A stretch of 64,000 nucleotides of DNA from Malacoraja senta (Eukaryota), in assembly GCA_038087875.1 (NCBI GenBank), contig JAXLNO010000264.1, positions 62,001 through 126,000 on the forward strand, given 5' to 3'. Made by a program: the position numbers and the translations under genes. Shown here one piece after another: positions 36,759 to 50,000 of this stretch (positions within the stretch are counted from its first letter, which is position 1; each line of letters begins with the position of its first letter). A model generated the notes under the pieces. It was given only the letters and a program-made list of their open reading frames with translations, did no database searches and had not been told where the DNA came from.

Positions 36759-37238
36759 CAGTGCCCTCCATAATGTTTGGCACAAAGACCCATGATTTAT
36801 TTATTTGCCTCTGTACACAATTTGAGATTTGTAATGGGAAAAAATCACATGTGGTTAAAGTGCACATTGTCAAATTTTATTAAAGGGTATTTTTATACAT
36901 TTTGGTTTCACCATGTAGAAATTACAGCAGTGTTTATACATAGTCCCTCCATTTCAGGGCACCATAATGTTTGATACACAGCAATGTACTTTTGGAAACA
37001 GAGCCTTCTCCAGGGCAGCTCCCAGGCTCTGGAACTCCCTCCCACAATTGATTCAAAATTCTGAGTCCCTCACCATCTTCCAGTCCCGCCTCAAGACCCA
37101 TCTCTTCACCTCTGCATACCCTTAGTCCCATGTCCCCCTCCCCTTTGCATCTCTGTCTTACTGCTCTATTTTGTTTTGTTCTTGACTCTCCATGTTAAGC
37201 GACTTTGAGTCCTTGAAAAGCGCTATACAAATAAAATG

Positions 37239-37271
<33 letters not shown>

Positions 37272-38586
37272 CATGTAAATTAAAGTAGTCATGTTTAGTA
37301 TTTTGTTGCATATCCTTTGCATGCAATGACTGCTTGAAGTCTGTGATTCATGGACATCACCAGTTGCTGGGTGTCTTCTCTGGTGATGCTCTGCCAGGCC
37401 TGTATTGCAGCCACCTTTACCTTATGCTTGTTTTGGGGGCTAGTCCCCTTCAGTTTTCTGTTCAGCATATAAAAGGCATGCTCAATTGGGTTCAGATCAG
37501 GTGATTGACTTGGCCACTCAAGAATTTATCATTTTTTTAGCTTTGAAAAACTCCTTTGTTGCTTTAGCAGTATGTTTGGGGTCATTGTCTTGCTGTAGAA
37601 TGAACTGCCGGCCAATGAGTTTTGAGGCATTTGTTTGAACTTGAGCAGATAGGTGTGTCTATACACTTCAGAATTCATTATGCTACTACCATCAGCAGTT
37701 GTATCATCAATGAAGGTAAGTGAGCCAGTTCCTTCAGCAGCCATACATGCCCAAACTATAACACCCCCACCACCGTGTTTCACAGTTGAGGTGGTATGCT
37801 TTGGATCTTGGGTAGTTCCTTCTCTCCTCCATACTTTACTCTTGCCATCACTCTGTTATGTTAATCTTCATCTCATCTGTCCACAAGACCTTTTGTGGAC
37901 AGTGGTCATTGACAAATCCACACCTGGCTCCTGAAGAGTGTTTCTGATCTGTCGGACAGGTGTTTCGGGGGTTTTCTTTATTATAGAGATAATACTTCTG
38001 TCATCATCTGTGGAGATCTTTCTTGGCTTGCCAGTCCCTTTGCGATTAGTTAGCTCACCAGTGCTCTCTTTCTTCTTAATGATGTTCCAAACAGTTGATG
38101 TTGGTAAGCCTAAGATTTGTTTGATGTCTCTAACAGTTTTGTTCTTGTTTCTCAGTCTCATAATGGCTTCTTTGACTTTCATTGGCACAACTTTGGTCCT
38201 CGTGTTGATAAACAGCAATAAAAGTTTCCAAAGGTGATGGAAAAACTGGAGGAAAGACTAGGTGCTGATAGCTCTCTTATACCTGCATTAAGGAGGCATT
38301 TAAGCATACCTGAGCAATTATAAACGACTGTGAAGCCATATGTCCCAAACATTATGGTGCCCTGAAATGGGGGGAGGGTGGGGGGGGGGGGGGGGGGACT
38401 ATGTATAAACACAGCTGTAATTTCTACATGGTGAAACCAAAATGTATAAAAATACCCTTTAATAAAATCTGACAATGTGCACTTTAACCACCTGCAATTT
38501 ATTTAAATTACAAATCTCAAATTGTGGAGTACAGAGGCAAATAAATAAATGATAGGTCTTTGTCCCAAACATTATGGAGGGCACTG
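36759..38586 (-). mobile_element. Tc1/mariner transposon with long IR/DR termini, defective transposase
   Basis: About 215-bp TIRs starting CAGTGCCCTCCATAATGTTTGG, the motif repeated at the inner TIR end; flanks TG (mutated TA) and TA. Minus ORFs give an HTH with GKPRK and [13 protein letters not shown]. Confidence 0.92.
36988..37266 (+). mobile_element. L2-type LINE 3' end inserted in the Tc1 element
   Basis: RAFSRAAPRLWNSLP; gaaaagcgctatacaaataaa; (ATT)n tail; AATGT duplicated at 36983-36987 and 37267-37271. Confidence 0.85.
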
Positions 38587-38734
38587 TATATTAAGATCTC
38601 TTGAGAATCAAACCTGGGGGAAAATAGTGGCAAAAGTTCTTTGGCATGGAGACAAGAGTGTTTAATTGGCATACTGTATGAACTAAAAACAGAACAATGA
38701 AATTCTTACTTGCAGCAGCATAACAGGTGTATTG

Positions 38735-39335
38735 AGAGAATGGATATGCCACTGAATATCTAACTTCTACAGGTGATGGCAGAGAATATACTGACTGGTT
38801 ACATTGCAGCCTGGTTTGGTAACTCGAATGCCCAGAAGTGAAGGAGGCTAAAAAAAGTGGTAGCCATTGCCCAGTCCATCACAAGTATTGACCTCACCAC
38901 CATTGAAAGGATCTACAGGAAGTGCTGCCTCAAAAAGGCAGAGTGTATGATGAACGACCCACGCCACCCAGGCCATGCTCTCATCTCACTGCTACCAACA
39001 GGAAGAAGGTATAGGAGCCCGAGAACCGTGACCACCAGGTTCAAGACCAGCTTCTTCCCATCAACCATCAGTCTCTTGGAACACCCTGCACAACCCTAAC
39101 CATAACCCTACCTCAGCAGCAATCTACTGTAGACTTTTTTTCAGTTGCACTACACACTTCCATTTGCACTATTGTGCTCTGATTACCTATTATTACTGAA
39201 TACTAATTTACTGCATTATTGATTATTGGATATTTATTTGTTGCATTATTACATTAATGGATCTGTAAAGCTGTAGCAACAAGTAAGAATGTCATTGTTC
39301 CATTCTGGTGCATGTGACAGCTAAACACACTTACC
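38735..39335 (+). mobile_element. Rex1/Babar-type LINE 3' fragment
   Basis: DPRHPGHALISLLPTGRRYRS...TTRFKTSFFPSTISLL. Confidence 0.8.
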
Positions 39336-39429
39336 AACATTAAAGAACCTATGGATGTCATGGCTGTCAATGGCACCGCGAGCCTCCTCTGCTCTTGCCA
39401 CCTCCCATCTGTTCATCGTCTGGGCTTTC

Positions 39430-42400
39430 TACTGGTATTAGGTAGCCACAACAAATACCTTGAAAGTCGCAGGGGAGCAACAGCCAAACCAGCGAGTGAG
39501 TGGATTGGCTGAAGAAAGGCTTTCTCCTTAGTGAGTAAAGTTCGGGAGGTTTAAAAAGAGCGGCAAGTCAGCCCGGGGCAATTACCTTGAAGGTCGCAGA
39601 CCAGCGAGTGAGTGGATTGGCTGAGACATCCTAATTAGTTGTGTGGACAGTTGACTTGATTAGATAAAATTAAGTTCAGGTCTAGGGGAGCAGCCTTGGT
39701 GTGGGGAGCAGCCTTGGTGAGGGGACGTGCGAGTCTTCGGCTTAAGAGTCTTCGGCGAGGAGGCTGAGGCAAGGAGGCTACACTTGAACCAGTTGTGTGT
39801 TTAATTTAATTTAAATATTTAAACTTGTGATGGCAGGAATGTTATTGCAATGCATTTGTTGCAGGATGTGGGAAGTCAGGGGCACTGCTGGTGTCACTGA
39901 CCACTACACCTGTGGGTACTGTGTCCAGATGCAGCTCCTCAAGGACCGAGTTAGGGAACTGGAGCAGCAGCTGGATAACCTGCGGTCCATCCAGGACGAC
40001 AATAGCTTCCTGGACAGTACCTACAGTCAGGTCGTCACTCCAAGAGTGCAGGAGGTGTGATGGGTAGAGATGGAAAGAAAAGGGATGAAGCGAGTGCAGG
40101 AGACCTCGGTGGAAGTAATTCTTGTGAACAGATACACCCTCTTCGGAGCTGTCGGGGCAGATGACGCTTCCAGACCGAGCGGTGGACTGGTCTGTGACTC
40201 GAATCCTAGCGCTGAGACTCGACTGGCAAGACCGATGTCAGGCAGAGCCATTGTGGTGGGTATAGGTAGACACAACAAATGCCTTGAAGGTCGCAGGGGA
40301 GCAACAGCCAAACCAGCGAGTGAGTGGATTGGCTGAAGAAAGGCTTTCTCCTTGGTGAGTAAAGTTCCGAGGTAAAGACCATTATCGGAGGTGCGGACAG
40401 GAGATTCTGTGGCGACAGGCTAGGATGGTGTGTTGTCTCCCTAGTGCCAGGGTCCAAGACATCTTAGACCGACTTCAGAACATCCTCGAGAGGGAAGATG
40501 AGCAGCCGGTAGTAGTTGTGCATGTTGGCACAAATGACGTGGGTAAGAAGACGAAGGAGGTTCTGCAACATGAGTATAGAGAACTAGACAGGCGGCTGAA
40601 AAGCAGGACTTCGAGGGTGGTTATCTCTGGGTTGCTTCCAGTACCTCGTGCTAGTGAGGGTAGGAACAGGGAGATAGGGGGTCTGAATGTGTGGCTGAGG
40701 AGGTGGTGCAGGGGGCACGGATTTAGATTTCCAGATCACTGGAATCTCTTCTGGGGCAGGGGTGACCTGTACAAAATGGACGGTTTGCACCTTGATTGGA
40801 AGGGGACCGACATTCTGGCAGGCACGTTTGCTAGTGCTGCACGGGTGGGTTTCAACTAAAAAGTGGGGGGGTGGAGTCAACAACGTGGACACTCATCCGT
40901 GCAGCTAACGGGAAAGGGAGTGTAGGAAAGGTCACATTTAACCTAACAGGGCAGGGGGATGGGATATTCAGGAAGGATAGACAGGAAGAGGAGGTGTGGA
41001 ATTGCTGATCAAAGAGGAGATTAATGCAATAGCAAGGAGAGACATTAGCTTGGATGCTCTAGAATCAGTATGGGTAGAACTGCGAAATAGCCAAGGGCAG
41101 AAAACGCTTGTTGGAGTTATATATAGACCACCAAACAGCAGTAGAGAGGTTGGGGATAGCATCAAGCAGGAATTAGGGATGCGTGTCGCAAAGGTACAGT
41201 GATTATCATGGGTGTCTTTAATCTACATATAGATTGGGCCAACCAAATTTGTAACAGTGCTGAGGAAGAGGATTTCCTGGAATGTATACGGGATGGGTTT
41301 TTAAACCAATATGTGGAGGAACCGACTAGAGGGCAGGCCATCCTAGACTGGGTATTGTGTAATGAGGAAGGATTAGTTAGCGATCTTGTTGTGCAAGGCC
41401 CCTTGGGCAACAGTGACCATAATATGGTGGAATTCCGCATTAGGATGGAGAGTGACACGGTTAATTCAGAGACTAGGGTCCTGAACTTGAATAAAGGAGA
41501 CTTTGAAGGTATGAGAAGGGAATTGGCAAGGATAGACTGGCAAATTAGACAAATCAAAGGGTTGATAGTGGAGATGCAATGGCAAAGATTTTAAGACTGC
41601 ATGGATGAACTCCTGAAAGTGTTCATCCCTGTCTGGCGAAAAAATAAAACTGAGAAGGCAGCTCAACCGTGGCTGACGAGGGAAGTCAAGGATAATATTA
41701 AATCCAAGGAAGAGGCATATTAATTGACCAGCAGCGGGAAACCAGAGAACTGGGGGAAATTTAGAACTCAACAGAGGAGGACAAAGGGGTTAATTAAGGA
41801 GGGGGGGGGGGGAGAGAAAAGCATTAAAGAAAGCTTGTGGGGAATATAAAAACTGACTGTAAAAGTTTCTTTAGGTATGTAAAAAGGAACAGATTAGTGA
41901 AGACGAATGTAGGTCCCTTACAGTCAGAGACAGGTGAATTTATAATGAGAAACAAGGAAATGGCAGAACAGTTAAACAAGTACTTTGGTTCTGTCTTCAC
42001 TAAGGAAGACACAAACAATCTCCCAGAAATACTAGGGGTTGAGGATCTAGTGTGACGGAGGAACTGTTGGAAATTCACATTAGTCGTGAAATGGTGTTGG
42101 GTAAACTGTTGGGACTGAAGGCAGATAAATCCCCAGGGCCTGATGGTCTGCATCCCAGAGTAATCATGGAGGTGGCCCTAGAAATCGTGGATGCATTGGT
42201 AATCATTTTCCAATGTTCTATAGACTGGATCAGTTCCTGTGGACTGGAGGGCAGCCAATGTAACTCCACCTTTTAAGAATTTGAATTTAGGATTAAGGAG
42301 GTCCTACTGCAGTTGTACAGGGCCCTGGTGAGACCGCACCTGGAGTATTGTGTGCAATTTTGATCTCCTAATTTGAGGAAGGACATTATTGCTATTGAGG

Positions 42401-42896
42401 GAGTGCAGCGTAAGTTCACCAGGTTAATTCCTGGGATGATGACATATGATGAAAGAATGGGTCGACTGGGCTTGTATTCGCTGGAATTTAGAAGGATGAG
42501 AGGAGATTTTATAGAAACATATAAAATTCTTAGAGGATTGGACAGGGTAGATGCAGGAAAAAATGTCCTGATGTTGGGGGAGTCCAGAACCAGGGATCAC
42601 AGTTTAAGAATAAGTGGTAGGCCATTTAGGACTGAGATGAGGAAAAACGTTTTCACCCAGAGAGTTGTGAATCTGTGCAATTCTCTGCCACAGAAGGCAG
42701 TGGAGGCCAATTCACTGAATATTTTCAGGAGAGAGTTACATTTAGCTCTTAGTGCTAAGGGAATCAAGGGATATGGGGGAACAAGCCAGAACGGAGTACT
42801 GATTTTGGATGATCTGCCATGATCACATTGAATGGCGTTGCTGACTTGAAGGGCCGAATGGCCTACTACTGCACCTATTTTCTATGTTTCTATGTT
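39430..42896 (+). mobile_element. Near full-span CR1 LINE (ORF1 zinc-finger/zipper and SGNH esterase; ORF2 endonuclease and RT remnants) with internal deletions
   Basis: CICCRMW...CGYC...LKDRVRELEQQL; VHVGTND...DGLHL; VGVIYRPPN, MGVFN, LGNSDH; KSPGPDGLHP; RPHLEYCVQF; ttctatgtttctatg tail. Confidence 0.92.
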
Positions 42897-44624
42897 AATA
42901 TACAATAATCACGTGCAAAAAAATTAATAATCAGTAAAACTAGGTAACCAGACCATAAGAGTGCAAACCAAAAACAAAGTCTATACTTGATCAGTGCTGA
43001 GGTAGGGTTGTTATTAGGGTTATGACGAGTGGTTCAAGAGCCTGATGATTGGGCACCTTCATCCCAATAGCAGCAACGGGATAAGAGTGAGGCCAAGTTG
43101 GTGTGTGTCTTCGACGATGATATTTGATGATTTAGCAGTTTGCTTTCTCTTGAGATGGGATATAGATTCCAATCCAGCAACATCTAGCAATTGGAGACCA
43201 AAGAAACTGCAGATGCTGGATTCTTGAACAAAGTGCTGGTGGAACTCAGCGGGTCAGGCAGCATCTGTGGAGGAATGAGATAGGTGCTGTTTTGGATTGG
43301 GACATCTAGCAATGGCTGTGAATCATTCCTAGTCTGAAGCATGTGAGAGAGTGGGCTTTTCACTCAACTTACCTACCCCCACTGTAGAATCTGCACCTAC
43401 ATCTTTAGTTTTAAGACCCTAAACCATTAAGATCTTCCATTTCAGCAGTGGGCTATTAAGGATATTCTGACGTTGAACAAAATTAATCAATGTATCAAAT
43501 CTTTTATTTTTAAATTGTGTTTGAAAGGAATTCTGGCAAAACAATGGGCAGACAATGAACTGCAGATGCTGGGATCTTGAACAAAACATACAAGTGCTGG
43601 AGTAAATCAGCGGGTCAGGCAGCATCTGTGGAGTACATGGATAGACTGGAGGATTTTACACCAGCAATTATGTTTTGCAGATGCTGCCTGGTCCGCTGAG
43701 TTACTTCAACACTTTGTGTTTTGTGCAATACAGTGGACTAGTTTGGCTTGGAGCAATTTTGACACAAAAGCCATTTAGCCCACAATGTTTGACCCCACCA
43801 TTGAGTTATGTGCCTGGATTAATGCGCGTAAAATCCATTCCCAGTGGTGACCATCAAGGGGTTTCCAGCAAAAATTAAAATGTCACGTTGAACCAATTCA
43901 GTGACAGCTTTCAATACTCTCATTCAAGTAGATGTGTCGATAGCGCTATGATGGAGCGCCACCCGAAACTCTCGGTGGTAAGGCAACAAGCGAGGGCATG
44001 GTCTGGTGTCGGGTTTGGGCACCATCAATTCCACACTGCAAGGTAGCTCCTTGCCTTTCTTTCCCCGATTCAACTTTCATTCAATCTATCGACAGAGATG
44101 TTTTTAGATTGCCTCGAGAAATATGATATATCAAATAAAATTATTTCCACCATTATTCTTCAGTTTCCTTAATGTTTCCGGTTATTAAAGCAATGTTGAT
44201 CCAATATTTGGAGACACAAGGAACTGCAGATGTTGGAATTTTGAGCAAAACACAAAGAGCTGGAGGAACTCAGCGGGTCAGGCAGTATCTGTGGAGGGAC
44301 ACGGACAGGCAGCGTTTCCGGTCTGGACCCTTCTTTAGACCAATATTTCTGATTATTCTAATATTGATTGGCAGGCGAACCTATTGGCCTAATCGTGTTT
44401 ACATATTTTAATTATTCAGTTATGAATACCTGGTTTTACAGAGATTTAGAGGGATATGGGCCAAATGTGGGTAAAACGATGTAGCTTAGATGGGGCATCT
44501 TGGTCTGCATAGAGGAGTAGGGCCGAAGCGCCTCTTTCCAGATTTGGTTCGCTCTTTCAGTTTATAGCATTGTTAGGCCGATTTCTTCAAGGCATTCTAA
44601 ATTAAAACTAAATTTACCTTGCCA

Positions 44625-44865
44625 CTTGCGGCCAATATTAATGATATTAGTGATCCCCCGACCGGTTACCCCCGACCGGTTATGATAAAGTGCGTTGTCA
44701 TATGCTGTTGCGTAAAGACAGCGCGCTTGTTCCTTGTTACACGCTTCTTATGCATAAAGGCATTTTGACTCACAAACACGTCGGTGTTGTCCGCACTCCG
44801 CACTGTTCTCGGGACGGGGCGAAACAAATGTTCCACCGCGTTTATATTCGGAAAATACGTCCTAG
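44625..44865 (+). promoter_or_regulatory. Candidate promoter and non-coding exon 1 of NFIL3-like gene B
   Basis: CpG-richer unique DNA; CCAAT near 44632; tandem 14-mer CCCCCGACCGGTTA x2; TTGCGTAA at 44708; TTATGCATAA at 44748; donor TAG|GTGAG with GT at 44866. Confidence 0.45.
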
Positions 44866-45077
44866 GTGAGAAACTTTCAAGTAGGTATTTGGATTTTGTT
44901 TATTTGTATTGGTTTTAGTTTATTATTGTCAGATACAGTGAAAACCCTGCATTATATATGTTGGTAAATTTCAACACGTCTCATTACAGACAACAAAGTC
45001 AGCCCTTACACAATGCTGTTTAAACAAAATATGCTATATTAGCAAACATTCTGTATGCAGCACTGAATGTGATTTTG

Positions 45078-45350
45078 TCAAGGACTGCAGATGCTGAAAC
45101 CCTGAGTAAAAAAAAAAAACAAAGTGCTGGTGGAACTCGGCGGGCCAGGCAGCATCTGTGGAGAGAAGGAATGGGTGACGTTTTGGGTCGAGACCCTTCT
45201 TTTAACCCAGCATCTGTGGAGGGAACGGACATACGACGTTTCGGGTCGGGTTCCTTCTTCAGACGCCCCGACCCGAAACCTCGTCTGTCTATTCCCTCCA
45301 CAGATGCTGCCTGACCTGTTGTATTCATCCAGCACCTTGTGTTTCGCTCA
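45078..45350. mobile_element. Compound Penelope-derived short repeats (tandem plus inverted)
   Basis: Two head segments then a fold-back copy; hammerhead-like core on minus at about 45235-45262. Confidence 0.65.
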
Positions 45351-46401
45351 GTATGTTGTCACCCACTCTGTGGGATTTGTTTTTAAACACATTTGTGACA
45401 ACGTCGAAAGGGTTTGTAAGTCACTTCAGTCCTCAAACGATAGCTCTGAAATCCATCGTTGCTTTGAACTGGAGAGGAATAAAAGGTAATGCGATTGAGA
45501 TGGGTTTAGGTGTGGTGGGTGGGAGGAGGAGGATGAGGTTGGAATCCACTGATTATCTTGGCGCTCTTTCTACCGTGAAAGTGTTGAAACATCAGGTGTC
45601 AAATATTGATCTAACCAATTACTTAAAGAAGGCATCAAAATGTAAATCGTTTTCCACCCGCGAGGGTAGTAACCATATGAATGTTCGACCTTCCTTGATG
45701 TTTTGCTGAGCTTGATCAACTTCCTGGACACGGCTACTTTTTTGAAGTCACTCCGAAAAGCAGATCTTGAAACCCAGTCCGACTGTACATTGCCGAGAGG
45801 TGCAAAATACTTTGTTAAAATAATTAAACCCATGTTCCCGGAGATTCGCTGGCCCTACGCTCACCATAATCCCCACGCATTGCGTTTAAATATGTTTATT
45901 GATCTGTACAGTTGCAGGTATTGAAAAATAGGCACTGCTGTTAAAAGCTTGCTATGGTGCGCATTTTATTTTCTTGAGGCAACTGTTCAAAACCGCCTAC
46001 AAACAAACTTTCTTTCATATTGGCTTGAAGCGGATGAATTGCCAACGGGGCTAGGCTGTAATCTCTGAAAGAAGGTACTTCTATTGAAACAGAAACCTCT
46101 TGCACGACTTTTCGCTACCACAATATACACATTTCAGATAAGCCCTAACGTAATTGGATTTTTAAAATCTGGTTGGAACTAGAAGGATTCATTCAATCAC
46201 AGCACCAATTTAAACTCCATTCTGCCGTAACAATATCATGGTTTTCTTTAAATGCTCTTTAATGGAAACCCTTCTTCAGAGTCCGAATCCAGAAATGCTG
46301 CCTGACCTGTTGAGTTCCTCCAACACGTTTTCATTATTTTAATGCTTTCGTTTCTCCAAACCTTCTCCTCTGAAATCAATTTGCAAATAAACACCAACTA
46401 T

Positions 46402-46524
46402 TCCTTAATCTTCGCCAAGCCTAATAATGGACAGTTTTGACAAACCAATGGACCATGAATGACTCCTTAATCTTCGCCAGCATGGACATGGACAGTTTTG
46501 ACAAACCAATGGACCGTGATTGAC
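46402..46524 (+). repeat. 62-bp local tandem duplication
   Basis: tccttaatcttcgcca...ggacagttttgacaaaccaatggacc at 46402 and 46464. Confidence 0.85.
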
Positions 46525-48529
46525 TGTGCTGAACCCCATACTTCTACCCAACCTGCCAACAAGCAATCACCCTTTCCCCACCCCTCTTATTCAATCGCCA
46601 CTGTAATCGCTAGATAGACGCCTGATATTTCCACCAGATATCACTGAATAACCATCAGAAAAAAAAATCCCTGGTACTGGGCGGTGTGATCAACACTTCC
46701 TTAAGTAGCTCAGAAATCAAGCAGCAGCCCTGGGCCTTGGATGATCTGTATGGGATGCTCGGTGTTCATTTAAGTTCCATCTTGTTTCAAAGAGCGAGAC
46801 ACAAGGAACTGCAGATGCTGGAATCCTGAGCAAAATACAAAGTGCTGGAGGAACTCAGCGGGCCACGCAGCATCTGTGGAGGGAATAGACAGGAGACGTT
46901 TCGGGTATTCTGAAACGTCGCCCATCCATTCCCTTCACAGATGCTACCCGACCTACTGAATTCCTCCAGCACTTTGTGTTTTGTTTCTAAGATGGCCTGA
47001 CAACATGAAATTCAGAGGCAACTACATACAATCTACTTCTTCTTGCGTGTGGCGTGCACAGCCTAAAGTTGTAGGACAACTTATTCCGTTTGATCTCATT
47101 TGATTGTGGCTAAATACTATATATCACAATGTCACACCCTTCCAAACGATGAAGCACAATTTTCATTTGTATTTAGTAAAAGATAACAGGAACATTTTGA
47201 GGGGAAAATGCACACTTTTAATTCGGGTTTAAATGCCGAACAAATATTTTAAAAATGCGACTTTGCAGATAATGAATCATCAGGGATTCTTACAATGGAA
47301 GAATTATTGCGTATTTTGCAGATTAGGTTTCGTGGAAAATAAGAGACTCGTGGGCTAGATTTTCCGCTACTGTACGTTATAGACTTGTGAAAGTTGCATG
47401 TAGATTTAGCCAGCGTAGGAAGTCGGCCCGCCTACCAGGGGCAAAGGCTGGAAATGTTGTTTTGGGCATATGTAATATCTACCTTTGAAAGAATGACACT
47501 GTCTTAAAAGTATGAAAATGTATACAAATAGCCAGATATATAATGTAATTGTACTTGTACTCTTCTGACCCCTAACGTCGCAAGTTATTATATCATCAAA
47601 TTATTCTACATTTATGGTAAGTCACAGTACTATTTATGTTTATCGGCTAATATTGACAGGTCTCATTAATAGGGTTATATTGTTGTATGTGGTGAAAAGT
47701 AGTAATATCAAGAAAGAAAGAATGAATATGCAATGAGATCGTGAACTATGTTAAATGTGATAAAACCCTAGTCTATGGTAAAATGTAACAACCATTTTGA
47801 CCAATGCTTTGAATTACAGTAACGTTGTGTTGTATGTAAAAATTTATATATTAAGATGGAATGAAGAATATAACGTTTCTTTTATTTCATTACTTGAGTT
47901 AAACTGTACATACGAACTTGCCTTTGGGTCACTGTGTGAGAGCTTAAGGAACATTGCATTATTTGATATAAACCCTGGCCACAATTACAATGTTTCACAG
48001 ATATATTTTAAATAATGTATAATAATTAGCAAGTTAAAGCTAAACAATTATTAAATTATTAAAACAATATAATTAGAATTTAATATCACAGAAACATTTC
48101 CTATTTAAAAACATTTGTGGTTGTTTCTGGGTCTTATTGTAAATATATTGTAAATAAACTGTAAATTAATGATTAAGGATTACTATTGAAATTTATGAGA
48201 TTGCTTATAATTTTCCCTGTACTATAATCTGAAATGTGCACCTCTGCTGAGTTCACATCACTCTCTAAGAGAAATGGGGTGTACAAGGCAACAGTTACTT
48301 ACTAAAATAAAAGATCTATATGAATTTAGATGTTTGATAATAATAGTCTTCATATTGAATTTCAACATCTTCATATATAAAATTAGCTTGTATTAAATTG
48401 CTCAGAACTATTTCATAAAAAAATGCTATTTTACTGTACTTGTTTAGTTCCTGAAAGTGACCCTATTGCCTTACCTAAATTCTGAATCAATATTTCATAC
48501 CCAAATTTGGATTGTTTTCCCAAGAATGC

Positions 48530-49220
48530 TAACAGTTGAGGGAAGACCCAATAGAAGTGTATAGAATTCTGAGAGGTGGACAATCAGAACCATTTTCCCA
48601 AGGCGGAAATGTCAAAGACGAGAGAGCGTAGCTTTAAGTAAGAGGGGCAAAGTTTAAAGAAGTTGTGTGGTGGCAGTTTTTTACATGGAGGGTGTTGGAT
48701 GACTGGAACATGCTGCCAGGGGTGGTAATGGAGGCAAATATTGTGGTATTTAGGAGGTGTTTCAATAGGTACATGGATATGCAAGGAATGAGAGGATATG
48801 GATCATGTACATGTGAGATTAGCTTATAGAGTCATAGAGTGATACAATGTGGACACAGGCCCTTCGGCCCTACTTGCCCACACTGGCCAACGTATCCCAG
48901 ATACACTAGTCCCACCTGCTCATGTTTGGTCCATATCCCTCCAAACCTGTCCCATTCATGTATCTGTCCAAATATTTCTTAAATGTTGGGATAGTGCCTG
49001 CCTCAACTACCTCCTCTGGCAGTATGTTCCATACATCCACCACCCTTTGTGTGAAAAGGTTACCTCTCAGATTCCAATTAAATCTTTTCCCCTTCACCTA
49101 CTCTGGGCAAGAGACTCTGTATCTACCCAATCTATTCAAATCTATCTTGGTATTATGTTTGGCATGGATATTGTGGGTCAATGGACCTGTTCCTATGCTG
49201 TACTTTTCTATGTTCCATAT
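48530..49220. mobile_element. CR1 3' fragment (+) interrupted by a CR1 3' fragment (-, about 48826-49130)
   Basis: Minus ORF RFNWNLRGNLFTQRVVDVWNILPEEVVEAG inside a plus-strand CR1 tail. Confidence 0.75.
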
Positions 49221-49990
49221 TCTTAAATTGCATTATATTGTTTACAGCGGAGAATTCAATGAAACACAGAGAAAATAGAGGCTGGATAATGAAAGAATAT
49301 AATCTGCACATCCTTGGTTCCCTCTTGGTCTATAGAATGCAATTATAAAAATACATTATGTTGTAAACCTACCATAATTGCATTTAATAATGCATTTATT
49401 TAAGCAAGAATGCAATTTCTCGCAATTTATGGAGTCATAATGCCATTGAATTTCTAAAACAATGGTGCCCAAAACTGTCATTGCCCCAATATAACTGAGC
49501 TGAAATGCCAATATGTGTTGCACACAATATGCAGGACAGTCTAAAAAAGGGATTCACAATTTGAGATGAAATTGAATAGTCATTTGATAAAGAGGATAAA
49601 CAAGAAACTGCAGATGCTGGATTCTTGAGCAAAACACAAAGAGCTAGAGCTAGAGTACCTCAGCGGGTCTAGCAATTCGAAGAAGGGTTCCATCCAAATT
49701 TCTAACTATCCAGTCCCTCCACGTACGCTGCCTGACCTGCTGAGTTACTCCAGTTATTTGATAACATCTATTTCAGGTTTGGAGCTATCTGTAAAAGACT
49801 GGAACAAAATCTGTTGTTTTGGTTGTTGTTTGATTGAAACAGGCAAAATGAAGGAATAATATCAAATAATTTTAATACTTGATGTTTTCTAAAGGTTGTA
49901 CATGACTTGGTTATTCTTCTCAGTAAAAAACAATTCCACATCTGCCTTCACTATGTAGACATAAGCAGTAGTTGTTCAGCTTTGGATACG

Positions 49991-50000
49991 ATTACATAAC
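49991..50000 (-). promoter_or_regulatory. Perfect D-box GTTATGTAAT in putative intron of gene B
   Basis: Matches the RTTAYGTAAY consensus at all 10 positions. Confidence 0.35.

Noticed and set aside
40425..40859. SGNH esterase as a host enzyme gene
   Set aside because: It is the standard esterase domain of CR1 ORF1, collinear with the downstream endonuclease.
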